Positions 25,595 to 37,914 of a stretch of DNA of 64,000 bases are shown piece by piece. The stretch comes from Chiloscyllium plagiosum (taxonomy: Eukaryota). How positions within the stretch are numbered: the stretch's first letter is position 1; every line of letters begins with the position of its first letter. Where the stretch lies: positions 89,341,645 through 89,405,644 of the forward strand of contig NC_057718.1 in assembly GCF_004010195.1 (NCBI RefSeq), in the 5' to 3' direction. The position numbers and the translations under genes are program-made. Under the pieces are notes generated by a model that saw only the letters and a program-made list of their open reading frames with translations, searched no databases and was not told the origin of the DNA.

Positions 25595-25802
25595 GAGAAA
25601 ATGAGGTCTGCAGATGCTGGAGATCAGAGATGGAAATGTGTTGCTGGAGAAGCGCAGCAGGTCAGGCAGCATCTAGGGAACAGGAGAATCAACGTTTCGG
25701 GCATTAGCCCTTCTTCAGGAAGGGCTAATGCCCGAAACGTCGATTCTCCTGTTCCCTAGATGCTGCCTGACCTGCTGCGCTTCTCCAGCAACACATTTCC
25801 AT
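25595..25802. mobile_element. Young Penelope-derived inverted-repeat insert, family 1, 14-15 bp TSD
   Basis: 85-bp arms 25629-25713 and 25719-25803 with one mismatch; TSD (c)gctatacaaatgca. Confidence 0.85.
25688..25721 (-). ncRNA. Minimal type I hammerhead ribozyme motif
   Basis: CUGAAGA-A-GGGC-UAAU-GCCC-GAAACGUU; palindromic ACGU at stem III. Confidence 0.55.
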
Positions 25803-26157
25803 CGCTATACAAATGCAACCTTTGCTTTTTACGCTACTGGAGGGAGACTGCACGGGAAGTGTAGATAGTATTGATCAGACAAGGAGATCACTTCTGCGGG
25901 CAGGGGGGTAAAGAAAACTTACAATCTCAGCTCTCTGCAGCAATCAGAACTGTCCTGTGTGTTAATAGGCCAGCTGCTAGCTATACCTCACAATATCCAG
26001 CGGTAATTCAAACAGTAATCCTATCTGCAGGAGATTCAAGGCCACAAGTAAGTTTAGGAATGTCTTGATGTATGATTTACATGGGATAATTCAGATTTTA
26101 AGGAAAGCAAAATCCTGCTAATATTTTGTCCCAATGTTTATAGGTCAGCATGAATCA

Positions 26158-26476
26158 AGATTAGATTCCCGACAGTGTGCAAACAGGCCCTTCGGCCCAA
26201 CAAGTCTACACTGACCCTCCAAACAGTAACCCACCCAGAGCCATTCCCCTATCCTATATTTACCCCTGACTAATGCACCTAACCTATGGGCAATTTAGCA
26301 TGGCCAATTCACCGGACCTGCACGTCTTTGGACTGTGGGAGGAAACCGGAGCACCCGGAGGAAACCCACGCAGACACGGAGAGAATGTGCAAACTCTACA
26401 CACACAGTCGCCCAAGGCGGGAATTGAACCTGGGTGCTGGGGCAACAGTGCGAACCACTGAGCCACCGTGCCACCC
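26158..26476 (-). mobile_element. HE1-like V-SINE
   Basis: Full head-to-tail match to other copies. Confidence 0.88.
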
Positions 26477-27097
26477 CAACCACCCATAAAACCTCACATT
26501 TTATTGGCCAATGTTCTTAATGTCTGGGTGACAACCTCGTAAACTCCACATTCCCCCACCACTGAAAGGGACAGCTCCCCTTCTTATCTGCTGGGTGGCT
26601 CATGCTGTTTCCAGTATGAACAAGCCCGGCAAGGAAATGGCACCTGCGGCACAGGGGAGGTGATGACACAATGGCAACACCTCTATCCATGCAGGCTATC
26701 CCAGGGCATTCCCAGTCTAATCCCATTTTCTCACAAACAACTATCCGATTTCCAATGTCTCGATTCTGCTTCAACAACGGCTGAATGCAGCAACTCATGC
26801 AGACCAACGCTCAAGGAGATCTTTCTTATCTCCTCCCCTTCCAACCCAGCACACCCTTTCTCTCCCCCCCAACAAAATGTAAAGTTTGAGACGTGGGTGT
26901 CAGTTACCGCTCACCCTTAAATGACTCTGGAGAGAGGGCTTGAGCAGCAGAAACAAATGCTCTGCAGGCACCACATCCTAACCCGCAGCAGCCTCTGGAG
27001 GTTTCACTAAGGTCTCACGTCGTGCTTGAACCAGCAGACATTACGTTATCGCCCGCCAAGGTGGCAAATGTCAGGATGTGAAGCGGTAGACACTCAC

Positions 27098-27230
27098 CAG
27101 AAACGAGCTAAGGTGGTCCCTGATGGCGTCGAGCTCCTGTGGAAGGGTCACTGACTGCAGCTTCCAAAATTCCAGGCGCTCCACTGCAGACTGGAGCCAT
27201 TGATTCAGCTCAGTGTACTCAACCTGGTAC
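27098..27230 (-). CDS. SYNE1: Nesprin-1 coding exon (R-YQVEYTELNQWLQSA...HLSSFL)
   Basis: gcgaag acceptor, gtgagt donor, 133 nt phase 2-0, complements previous exon. Confidence 0.92.
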
Positions 27231-27989
27231 CTTCGCAGGAAGCAAAGGAATGAGCAAGAGTTAACTGAAGAGAAACAAGGTGTCGACAGCCCAGACACGT
27301 GGAGAAAACCACAGAAGATTCAAAACAATGTGGAAGTGAAACGTACAGCCAAATCTAAGGAGGAGGGGAAGAACGGGGTTTACTTATGTTTGGATCCTGA
27401 TGGAGCTCTGCGCTCTGATTGGAGTCCCACACTGTTATCACTTCCTAGACAAACTATGTATCATCTCTGTAAGTATGAGCAAGAGCTAAATCCGAGCTCC
27501 CAATCTGCTGACTGCCCAAGGTCTCTGCTCCCTCTGTGAGGGCCTACCGTTCTCACGCAGCATGGCAGCCAGTTACCAGGATGACACAAACCCATCAAAA
27601 GGTGAGCAGGCTTCCTGCGCCAGTAACCAAACACCCATCCTTAGTGATTCAGGCTGCTGACCTCTGACCTCTCACGGCAGCGAGTCTCTCGGGCCTGAAC
27701 TCATGGTTGGATGCCCACATCAAAACTACCCCACGGGATGGGGATATCTTGAGGAGGTTCATGGTGTGGAAATCAAGTTGGGTTCATGGCATGCCAGTTG
27801 AGGGGGTTGGGCAGGGATGATCCCAGACACTAGGTGTGGAGAACTTGGGAGGGTACAAAAGCAGGGTTACTGACTTCCACATTTCTTGTGTTGGGCTTTC
27901 ACGAACTCCTATTCACTGTCACCCTCACCGTGCTATGCTGGTTCTTGTTCCGGCTACATCTAGAGTTCAGCACTCTCAACTGGGTGTTC

Positions 27990-28375
27990 TAATCCCTCTG
28001 AGGCCTGTCCCCTCAAGATAACATTCTTCAAGGCTTACACAGGTTGGGTGCTCAGAAGCTGTTTTTCAGACTGACAAATCTAGAACTTGGGCTCAGAGCC
28101 TCGGAATAAGACAATAACCATTTCGGACTGAGATGAGGAGAAATTTCTTCATAAAAGGAATGTAAATCTTTGGAATACCTTAACCCCAAAGTGCTGTGGA
28201 TGTTCAGTTGTTGAGCATGTTTAAGATCTAGATCAATAGAGTTTTAGTCACTAAGGGTATCAAGGGACATTGGGTATGGACAGGGGAGTACACAGAGGTC
28301 GATCAGACAGAACCTTACTGAATAGCAGCACAGGCCCGAGGGGGGTTGTTGTGTGGTTGGCCTCCTGTTTCTCAT
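27990..28375 (+). mobile_element. Degenerate CR1 3' fragment
   Basis: gagatgaggagaaatttcttc and 3' UTR remnants. Confidence 0.65.
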
Positions 28376-29276
28376 GATCTTTACCAATACCTCCAGCCTC
28401 AGAATCTTTCAAGATCTCTGCTCTGCTCAGACCTTGTGAGTCTAGAATTTCCTCCACCCTGACAAATTTCTTCAGAGTTAGAGTTTTCTTACAGCCTCTT
28501 AATGCTGACTCGTATTCGGGAAATGTAGGCCGTGGTCTCTTCCTTATGCTCCGGGTGATACTAGCAAGGGGATAATTGGGCATCCACTCTCGTTGCCCTG
28601 ACAACCAGTGGCTTCAGTCAACCATTTAAAGTGAACCTGGAGTAAAGCATATGGAGTCGGTTCGAATAATCCGTTCCACCCCAGCCCCCTTTCCCGGGAG
28701 GACATTCGTAAACCCAGTTGTGGATTTTTACAATTCAGTTGTTTGATGATCATTTTCCTGATGCTAGTCGCAATGATCAGTTTTAATGAATTTAATCTGG
28801 TCATTGCCTCAGCTAAGATTTCAACTCTTGACCTCAAGGCTATGAATACTCCAAATTAATGTGCCCCACACCCAAAGCCCTACTTGATTCAAAGACAGTG
28901 ACAGCACAACCATCTATTTACAGAGAACGGCTCATCTCACTCCCATTAGTATTTCATATTGGAATGGAGTTAATAGCAAAAAACAAACAAAAACATTCCA
29001 TATACAATAAAACTACTTTTAAATCACCATGTAACAAACTTAACAGGAAGTGACTGAACAATGTAAAATGTTGTGGATAACACAGCGGTAAACAGGCTAA
29101 AAAATAGACTAGATTCCCACCATGTAAAAGGAGCAGATTCTGAATTCATAAAGCCCCATTTAAAAAGAGCGAATAACCAGTCAGATACAATTTACATCAA
29201 AATGAACGGCTTAAGAGTAAAAGCGGTCATCAGCTGACCTGTGTGAGACCTGACAACGATGGAAATGAAAGAAAGA

Positions 29277-29430
29277 CACACACACACTCTCTCTCACACA
29301 CAGACACACTCTCTCTCACACACACAGACACACTCTCTCTCACACACACAGTCTCTCTCACACACACACACACTCTCTCTTATACACAAACACACACACA
29401 ACACACACACACACAAGCACACACACACAC
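29277..29430. repeat. Compound (CA)n/(CT)n microsatellite
   Basis: Visible dinucleotide runs. Confidence 0.95.
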
Positions 29431-30139
29431 CCTAGTTTTAAAGGCCAGTTTAATGAACGAACAAGTGAAACTATCATTTGCCATTGCCACCAGTTATCGA
29501 CTCTTTCCAGTAAATGATATAAATCACCTCTGAACCAGTCCAGATCTTCTGAGATCTGACTGTCTCTTCAGGAAGAGCCCTTTCCATCACCCTTTATCAA
29601 GCAGTTGGTAAAAGGTAACAGAGCCCTCATGGGATAGGTGCTATGACAGTAAACCCTAGTCTCTGTGGCATTGGGGCTGTTAATTAGCCTCAGTGAGCCA
29701 GGGTGTTCTTGCTCACTCTCTAGTCATCCCTTCTGGAAAGTAAGCTTGACCTTGGGTATTTTAAGTTGAGGACAGGATCAGTAGCTGCTGCGATGCCTCT
29801 GCAGCCAAATAGTCTGTGGGCTTCACGCTCCAAATTCACATCTGAAAAGTGACCGCTGTACGTGACACTGTTCAGCTACTCCTGAGCCAACCCTGCATGG
29901 AGACTGTTGTATAAGGAGCTGGTTGGTGGGGGAACGCTTAAGATCTCAAAGGATTGAGACACATCATCTGGGTCTCCTTCATAGCCTCTGCAACGATCAC
30001 AGACGTGTTAAGGTGCAAAGAGTGGCCATTCAGCCCACAGTGCCTGCAGCAGCTCGCTCAATGAACATCACTGCCTGCTTCCAATCTCCCGCTTTTCTCC
30101 CCTGCCCCATTCTCTTGCACATTCAAGTCAAGTCACCAT

Positions 30140-30335
30140 AGTCTTGCCAGACTATACAGCTGCTCTCTCATTAGAGTGATGACTGATGGTGATTTCACCT
30201 CAGACAAAGGGAGAGGTTGAGAAGGTGGGTCCTTCATGGCAAACTCAGCCAGTGATGGGAATTGAAGCCACGCTGTTGGCATCACAGTGCTTCGCAAACC
30301 AACTGTCCAGCCAACTGAGCTAAACTGACCCCTCC
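30140..30335 (-). mobile_element. Unclassified tRNA-headed SINE fragment
   Basis: Minus strand begins ggggtcagtttagctcagttgg (A box) with B-box-like gcttcaattccc. Confidence 0.5.
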
Positions 30336-30449
30336 CCCCTTTTCATACACATTATTCCTATCCAAATAATCACCCAATTCTCTCCTCAATGCCTCAATTG
30401 AACCATCCTCCATCACACATCCAGGCAGAGCACTGCAGACCCTAACTAA

Positions 30450-30787
30450 TTCTGGTCTCCAGGATGTTGTGAAACTTGAAAGGGTTCAGAAAAGATTTAC
30501 AAGGATGTTGCCAGGGTTGGAGGATTTGGGCTATCGAGAGAGGCTGACCAGGGCGGGGCTGTTTTCCCTGCAGAGTCGGAGGCTGAGGGGTGACTTTATA
30601 GAGGTTTATAAAATCATGAGGGGCACGGGTAGGGTATAATAGGCAAGGTCTTCTCCCTGGGGTCGGGGAGTCCAGAACTAGAGGGCATAGGCGTAGGGTA
30701 AGAGGGGAAAGATATAAAAGGGACCTAAGAGGCTACTTTTTCACACAGAGGGTGGTGCATGTATGGAATGTGCTGCCAGAGGAAGCC
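30450..30787 (+). mobile_element. CR1 3' ORF2 fragment
   Basis: Matches 22226 and 46330 copies. Confidence 0.85.
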
Positions 30788-31327
30788 AGTACATCCATAC
30801 CAGGGAAAGAGCATGGTGGCAGCAATTTACCAGATGGAATCTTGCCCAAGAAATGGGAGGTGCTGAGGATTCACCTGACAATACGGGTGAGGGTAAGCAG
30901 AAGCACAAACGTTACTTTTGGTGCTCAGAGCTTATTGGTCTGAATCAGTCTCGGTGAAACGCAGCAGTAACGAGCTCTATGCTTCATCTCCGATGCTTAA
31001 GCACACCGTGCAGGCAGAAGGTCTCGTGTTCCCGATGGAATGTTAAAACCGAGGTGTCGCCTGAGCATTCAAGTAGATCTGCGCAGGATTCAGTGGCCCT
31101 GTTACGAGGATGGTCAGGGGAGGATCTATCCTTCAACTGACATCGCCCAATCTGGTCGTTATCACTTCTGTGCACGTGGGATCTTGCTGTGCAGCATCCC
31201 AAACACTTCAACTGCAGAATGTGTGATGAGACCCAGAAGTGAAAGACCAGACTGGAAAACCTGACAGGTTGGATTTCGGAAACTGCAGCCCACAGTTCAG
31301 ACCCACTGACAAAGTTCTCCCTTTTAC

Positions 31328-31524
31328 CTGTTCCAGTGTTTCAGGACAGTTTCGAGGCGATGTAACTCCCTGCTCACTCTGGTGGTACTGGACAGCCAGT
31401 TCTCCCCGAGCTGGGCTACCTGAGCCTCCAGTTCTGCACAACTGACAGACATCAGGAGCTTCCTCCCATCTTCCAGCACTTGGTACAACTGTGGCTGATG
31501 TTCAGTCAAGCTGGCCTTTAACCT
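31328..31524 (-). CDS. SYNE1: Nesprin-1 coding exon (RLKASLTEHQPQLYQVLEDG...LKHWN-R)
   Basis: tttcag acceptor, gtaaaa donor, 197 nt phase 0-2. Confidence 0.93.
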
Positions 31525-32544
31525 CTGAAATGGACAGAACATCAAATCAGATAGAGGCCATTTAGCCCATCGAGTCTATAGTGGCCCTCCAAAGAGCAGC
31601 CTGCCCAGGAGTTTGGTAAAGTGCTCCTCCATACTGTACCCCACTTTATCCAGAGGCAGCCTCCACAATTATTACCTGGTCTTCTGAAACGCAAGTTGCA
31701 AGTACAAGTTCAGCAGGAAGCGGATGTTAGTGGGGGTGGGGTGGGGTGAACGGAAAGGGACATTTTCCTCTCACGCCATTCTGCGGTTCTCAGCTCAACA
31801 CCATACACACACACAAGGAGCAGGACCAACACTGAGGGCCATCATTACCTTTCACCTGAAAGATTGTAGTGCTATATCAGCTGGTCCAGGTATTCAGTCC
31901 CTGCAAACATGCAGCATCACCCTGGACACCTGCAGCTCCATCTTCTGGGTCCTTTCACCCCTCCCTCAGGCAGCCTCTGCCTCCTTTCCTCAGACAGACG
32001 TCCACTTTGAGCTGCGGCCAATACAGTCCAGCCTCCCTCCCTCTGTCATCCTCTGCGTCATGTGGAACTTTGACCACACGATCTCAATTGTTACATAGCG
32101 CAGGCAAACGCAAACCCATCACAAGAAAGCAGCGGCTATCTGCCCCGAAATCGCGGCCTACCTTACCTGCTGCACACCATTTTCACCCACAACTGTGACT
32201 CTGAATGCACGGACTGCCCAATTGTCTAGACTTTGATTGGGAAGGGAAACTCAATTCTGGTGAGCTGACCTTTTAAGGAGCGCGTGTGATGTGCAAATGT
32301 GTTCAAAAGGGCTTCCTGAAGCTTGTCGTCATCATATTGTGCCAGACTCACGTGGGACGATTTAGATCGTCTATATTTGTAAACGGGGAAACAAACTTTA
32401 AGGAATCATTGGGAGAGAATGTGAATCAAGCATCAAAAATCATGGTTTACATCTTCAGCCTGGCCTCTGTTCAGGCCAGGAATTGTCACAAGCAGATCAG
32501 GTAGGACACAATGATTTGGTGAATGCGCGTTTGTCATATTTCAA

Positions 32545-33040
32545 GGAAGGGTATTCTAGTTATGGAGGGAGCAGCCCAATGGTTTACCAACTGGTTTGGC
32601 AACTAATTCCTAGGAAGGCAGGACTGACACGTGAAGAGGGTTAGGATTTGGTTAGGACCGTACTCACTAGAGCTTTGAAGAAAGACGGGGGAATCTCATA
32701 GAAACCTCTAGAATTTGAACAGGATTAGACAAGGTAAATGCAGGAAGGACGTTCCCGACGATCAGAATGTCCAGAGTCAAGGGTCACAGTTTTAAGACAC
32801 AGGGTAGGTCATTTAGGACTGAGCTGAAGAGGAATTTCTTCATCCAGAGCCTGTGGAATTCTCTGCCACAGAAAGCAGTTGAATCCAAAATACTGAATGT
32901 TTATATGAATGAGTTAGATATGGCTCTTAGGGCAAGAAGGATCAAAAGGGTACAGGGATAAAGTGGGAACAGGGTACACTGATGGAGGACCAGCCATGAA
33001 TGCTGTAGCAGGCTTAAAGGGCTGAATGGCCTACTCCTGT
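32545..33040 (+). mobile_element. Degenerate CR1 3' fragment
   Basis: KGHSFK...RNFFIQSLWNSLPQ. Confidence 0.75.
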
Positions 33041-33194
33041 AGCAGCTATTTTCTACAAATGAATTACTTTTATTGTCATTGTATAACATAATATCGTAAA
33101 ATATTATTATTTTACAGTGAGAAAAGCCGTAAAATACAGTGAAAAGCTTTTCCACCATTGCCATGATCTGAGTTTCAAGAACAAGAAAACTTAT

Positions 33195-34408
33195 CACAGA
33201 ATCCCTACAGTGTGGAAACAGGCCCTTCAGCTCAAAAAGTCCACCGTGACCCTCCGAACAGTAACCCACCCAGACCCATTCCCCTATTGCTCTACATTAC
33301 CATTAACTAACGCACCTAATCCACACATCCCTGAACACCACGGGCAATTTATTGTGGCCAATTCACCTAACCTGCACATCTTTGGACTGTGGGAGTTGTT
33401 GCGAGGGTTGGAGGATTTGAGCTATAGGGAGAGCATCAGAGGCTGAGGGGTGACCTTATAGAGGTTTACAAAATTATGAGGGACATGGATAGGGTAAATA
33501 GGCAAAGTGTTTTCCCTGGGGTCAGGGAGTCCAGAACTAGAGGACATAGGTTTAGGGTGAGAGGGGAAAGATATAAAAGAGACCTAAGGAGCAACTTTTT
33601 TCACGCAGAGGGTGGTACGTGTATGGAATGAGCTGGCAGAGGATGTGGTGGAGGCTGGTACAAAGCCATGTTGACTATCCCTAATCAGTCCTTGCCTTTC
33701 CAAATACATGTACATCCTGTCCCTCAGGATTCCCTCCAACAACTTGCCCACCACCGAGGTCAGGCTCACTGGTCTATAGTTCCCTGGCTTGTCTTTACCG
33801 CCCTTCTTAAACAGTGGCACCACTTTTGCCAACCTCCAGTCTTCTGGCACCTCACCTGTGACTATCGATGATACAAATATCTCAGCAAGAGGCCCAGCAA
33901 TCACTTCTCTAGCTTCCCACAGAGTTCTCGGGTACACCTGATCAGGTCCTGGGGATTTATCCACCTTTACCCGTTTCAAGACATCTAGCCCTTCCTCCTC
34001 TGTAATCTGGACATTTTGCAAGATGTCACCATCTATTTCCCTACAGTCTATATCTTCCATATCCTTTTCCACAGTAAATACTGATGCAAAATATTCATTT
34101 AGTATCTCCTCGATTTTCTGTGGCTCCACACAAAGGCCGCCTTGCTGATCTTTAAGGGGCCCTATTCTCTCCCTAGTTACCCTTTTGTCCTTAATATATT
34201 TATAAAAACCCTTTGGATTCTCCTTAATTCTATTTGCCAAAGCTATCTCATGTCCCCGATTTGCCCTCCTGATTTCCCTCTTAAGTATACTCCTACTTTC
34301 TTTATACTCTTCTAAGGATTGACTCGATCTATCCTGTCTGTACCCGACTTTTTGCTTCCTTCTTTTTATTAACCAAACCCTCAATTTCTTTAGTCATCCA
34401 GCATTCCA
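33195..34408. mobile_element. Composite insert: HE1-like SINE 3' half (-, 33195-33394), CR1 3' piece (+, 33395-33663), CR1 ORF2 piece (-, 33664-34408)
   Basis: Minus frame open for ~240 codons (ILNEYFASVF, KSPGPD, NYRPVSLTS, SQHGF) joined directly to an inverted CR1 3' segment. Confidence 0.88.
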
Positions 34409-34760
34409 TTGAAACTTAAAACAATTTAGCTGAGAAAATGATTTCCTTTAGTGGGTGAATTAAGAACAAAGGGGCACGCTCTTAAAATTAGGGCAACAAT
34501 CGCGTGACGTTAGAAATGACTAGAGGAAATCTACAGCTTTGATCCCACGAGACTGCAGACTCAAGGTCTATTGGAGCTTCCAAGATTGAGACTGTCAGGT
34601 TCTCACACCTGGGTATCAGGGGACACAGGGCACAACCTTGTGAATGGAGATGAAGGGTCAATAAGCCTCCATCTAACTGAATGGTGGAGCAGGCCCCTGG
34701 AGTTGAATGGCTTCTGCCCAGTCCTGTTGCTCAGGAGCAGTGGCTGAAACCCAAACTGAC

Positions 34761-34892
34761 CTGATACAGCGCGATCCGTTCCGTGAGCCGTTCTTCAGAT
34801 TCCTCCACCAGACCTGCACCGGGAATGCTGTTCTCCACCCCTTCGAGCTGTCTGTACAGAGCATCGTAATCCCTCGCCAGGTTAGTCCAGGT
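34761..34892 (-). CDS. SYNE1: Nesprin-1 coding exon (TWTNLARDYD...ERIALYQ)
   Basis: ccttag acceptor, gtcagt donor, 132 nt phase 0-0. Confidence 0.92.
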
Positions 34893-35142
34893 CTAAGGGG
34901 GAGAGACAGCACAATACCTCAGACACCGTTGTTCCAATGGCTATTGATCACTGACATTTTTTCAAACCAAGAAATTGTCACATTTCTGTGGGGGTTTATT
35001 CTGCTGACTTTCTATTCAGTTTGAGCCCATTCTTCCTCACTGACCCACTCACATAAATGGGGACTCCATTCAAACCTGGCTTGTCAACCTAAAATTCATA
35101 AACTACAGCAAGACATAGAAATCAAAGTAGATAACTCTTACT

Positions 35143-35610
35143 CTACACAGTCAGGCGTGTGATGGAATACTCCCCTCTTGCCTGGATGGGTGCATCTCCA
35201 ACAACACTCAAGATGTTTGACACCATCCAGGACAAAGCAACCAGCTTAATTAACATCCACAAGCATCCACTCCCTCCAACACTGACATTGAGAAGCAGCA
35301 GTGTTGCACTGCAGGAGTTCATCAAGGCTCATTAGCCAGTACATTCCAAACCCGTGACCACTCCCATCCGGAGTGGATAACAGCGACAGATACAATGGGA
35401 ACACCACGGCCTTCAATTTCCCCTCCAAGTCACTCACCATCCTGACTTGGAAACAGTCTGTTTCAATGGCTCCAAATTCTGAAATTCCCCTCCCTCAGGG
35501 CATTGTGGGTCTACCCGCAGCACGTGGACGGCAGCGGTTCAAGGAGGCAGCTCACCCCCACCTTCTCAAGGGGGCAACTAGGGACGGGCAATAAATACTG
35601 GCACAGCCGA
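35143..35610 (+). mobile_element. CR1/L2-group LINE 3' end fragment
   Basis: VRRVMEYSPLAWMG...TLKMFDTIQDKA; tail gggcaataaatactggc. Confidence 0.7.
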
Positions 35611-35858
35611 CGACACCCAGGGCCAACGAGGACATTTTAAAAAGTGTACGTGCTACAGAAATGCATCGTCCTGAGTCTCCCTTCTCAGAAGCAGATTGAA
35701 TATAGACTCAAAGTGTGACACATGCTCTCGATTAACTTACTAATTGGATCAGGCGCTGGGATAAAACGAGAGAGAAATTCTCTATTCACAGCACCAGGTA
35801 AGATTCTCTCTGAGTATAATGAAGAGGAAGAATACCTGAGTAGTCCCACCTCAGTTCT

Positions 35859-35994
35859 GGGTAAAAACAAGGACAACAGATGCTGGAAACCAGATTCTGG
35901 ATTAGAGTGGTGCTGGAAAAGCACAGCAGTTCAGGCAGCTTCCGAGGAGCAGGATGCTGCCTGAACTGCTGTGCTTTTCCAGCACCACTCTAAT
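35859..35994. mobile_element. Penelope-derived inverted-repeat insert, family 1, centre deleted, 13-bp TSD
   Basis: TSD ccacctcagttct at 35846-35858 and 35995-36007; ~40-bp matching arms. Confidence 0.8.
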
Positions 35995-36609
35995 CCACCT
36001 CAGTTCTCCCAACCCACTACTGCCTGTTGCACATGTGATGAAAATGGCAATGACAAGTATACCTCACTGTGCACAGGCAACAGGAGACATTCACCTCAGT
36101 ATTGTCCTTGGCACATAAAGATAATGAAGGATGGCGTTTGCTCTCATTTTGCACATAGACCTTAAAACAGAAGCTCATTTCTGACATTGCGCAGCACTTC
36201 CATACTCAGTTCAACTTATCCACTGCCCAATATACACCTTCTCGTGGTTGAACAGCGAGCATTGATATAATCCACACTCCTTTTATGTTGAGGAAATTAG
36301 AAAATTTAATTGCAAGAGGATGCATCCTGATCATAGCATACAATACTTGGCGCACAACATGAATTCTGAAGCCCCTTATCTCATTGAGTGCCTTATATCC
36401 CAAATATTTACACTGTTCCCACCAGAGCCTGTCACCCTGCTCTCCCAGCTCACTTCCTCTGTGATCCTGCTCTAGTCAATGTTAATTTTATGTTGATTGT
36501 ATTGTTGGAGTTAAGGATTAACTGGTGGGAGGAAATTAAGCAAGTGCTTTGACCACGTATGAACATACGCTGAGACACTGATGGGTAAGAGGCAGCTATG
36601 GGCAATATT

Positions 36610-36910
36610 AAATCCCTACAGTGTGGAAACAGGCCATTCAGCACACACCAGCCCTCTGAAGAGCATCCTTCCTAGTCAAACCTGTTCTTCTACCTCAGTT
36701 ACATTACATTTCCCTCTGGCTAATCCACCTGGCCTGCACATCCCTGGACACTATGGCCAATCCATCCCGACCTACACATGTTTGGACTGTGGGAGGAAAT
36801 CCACACAGACATGAGGAGAACGTGCAAACTCCATGCAGTCACCAAAGGGTGGAATCGAACCTGGGTCCCCGGCACTGTGAGGCAGCAGTGCTAACCACTG
36901 AGCCACTGTG
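36610..36910 (-). mobile_element. HE1-like V-SINE
   Basis: Head and V-domain on minus strand. Confidence 0.8.
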
Positions 36911-37450
36911 CAATGCTGTTCTCTGTGAATAAATCTACTATCAAGAAAAAGTACTGTATCTGCTTCCCAATCCATCCATTTCTAACAGTGTTAAAAGGAC
37001 AGAGGAAATCTAGGAAGATCCATACAGTGCACAAGTTATGCCAAGCAACACTATGAAACAATATATACCATCACTAAGCTTGAAAAAATTTCAAATACTC
37101 AAGACTGACAGCAGAAACATTTATCAAATCAAACCCTTAGCTAGAATAAATTCTCTGTAATTCTGGCAAGACTTCAACAGAAATACAAATATTCATTTCG
37201 CCCAGAACAATCAGTCTAATCAGCTTTGGGCTATTTTCCAGTCAGCTCAGGAACTACTTCCACAATAACGTTTTACTTTACTGTCGGCACGTCATTAACT
37301 GAGACAACTTCACTTCTTGTGATTTCTCCGGATCCTGAAATTATTCTGACAGAGGGGACGGTCGAGCATTTCTGCAGTGCCCTTTATCGGTGATACACTG
37401 CAAACCGCAGAGAGCTGCGGCCATTTCAGAATCCATGTCAAAGAACTTAC

Positions 37451-37624
37451 CTCAAAAACGCTTTCCAATTCCACACCTCTCCCATGAGCTGCCTTCAGTA
37501 AAGCCGAGCACTTGGTCATCAGTTCCTGCTGGGAGCTGCTTTCTTTCTGATGGATACAGGAGTTTACTTTTTTACAGAGTGTTTCTGTAAGGATTTTGTG
37601 AGACTCCAGCCCTTGGAAAAATTC
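37451..37624 (-). CDS. SYNE1: Nesprin-1 coding exon (EFFQGLESHKILTETL...GVELESVFE)
   Basis: tcacag acceptor, gtaagt donor, 174 nt phase 0-0. Confidence 0.93.
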
Positions 37625-37914
37625 CTGTGATAAAGTGCAAAAAAGATGATTAACTTGGAAAACAATCCAGCTCATTCACTGCAGCCGGAGAACTCTCCAA
37701 CCTATAAGAGCGGAGGACATTTTCACACCAGCGGGAACGAGTTAGAGAGGAAGGGTGTTCAAAAAGACAGGGTGACAGAGCAGGAACAGGAGGAGTAATG
37801 CAGAGAGGTTGTTCCTTTTCTTGTTCCTCTCTTCCTAAATTTTTAGTTTTTCTTAAACATCCCCTCATGGAGAGGTCAGTGGTGATTCCATCAGAGCATT
37901 GCAACAGCTCAGGG

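Noticed and set aside
32160..32200. ATG-containing mini exon with a gtaagg donor as an alternative first exon
   Set aside because: It ends in phase 2 but the next exon starts in phase 0; no other support in the sequence
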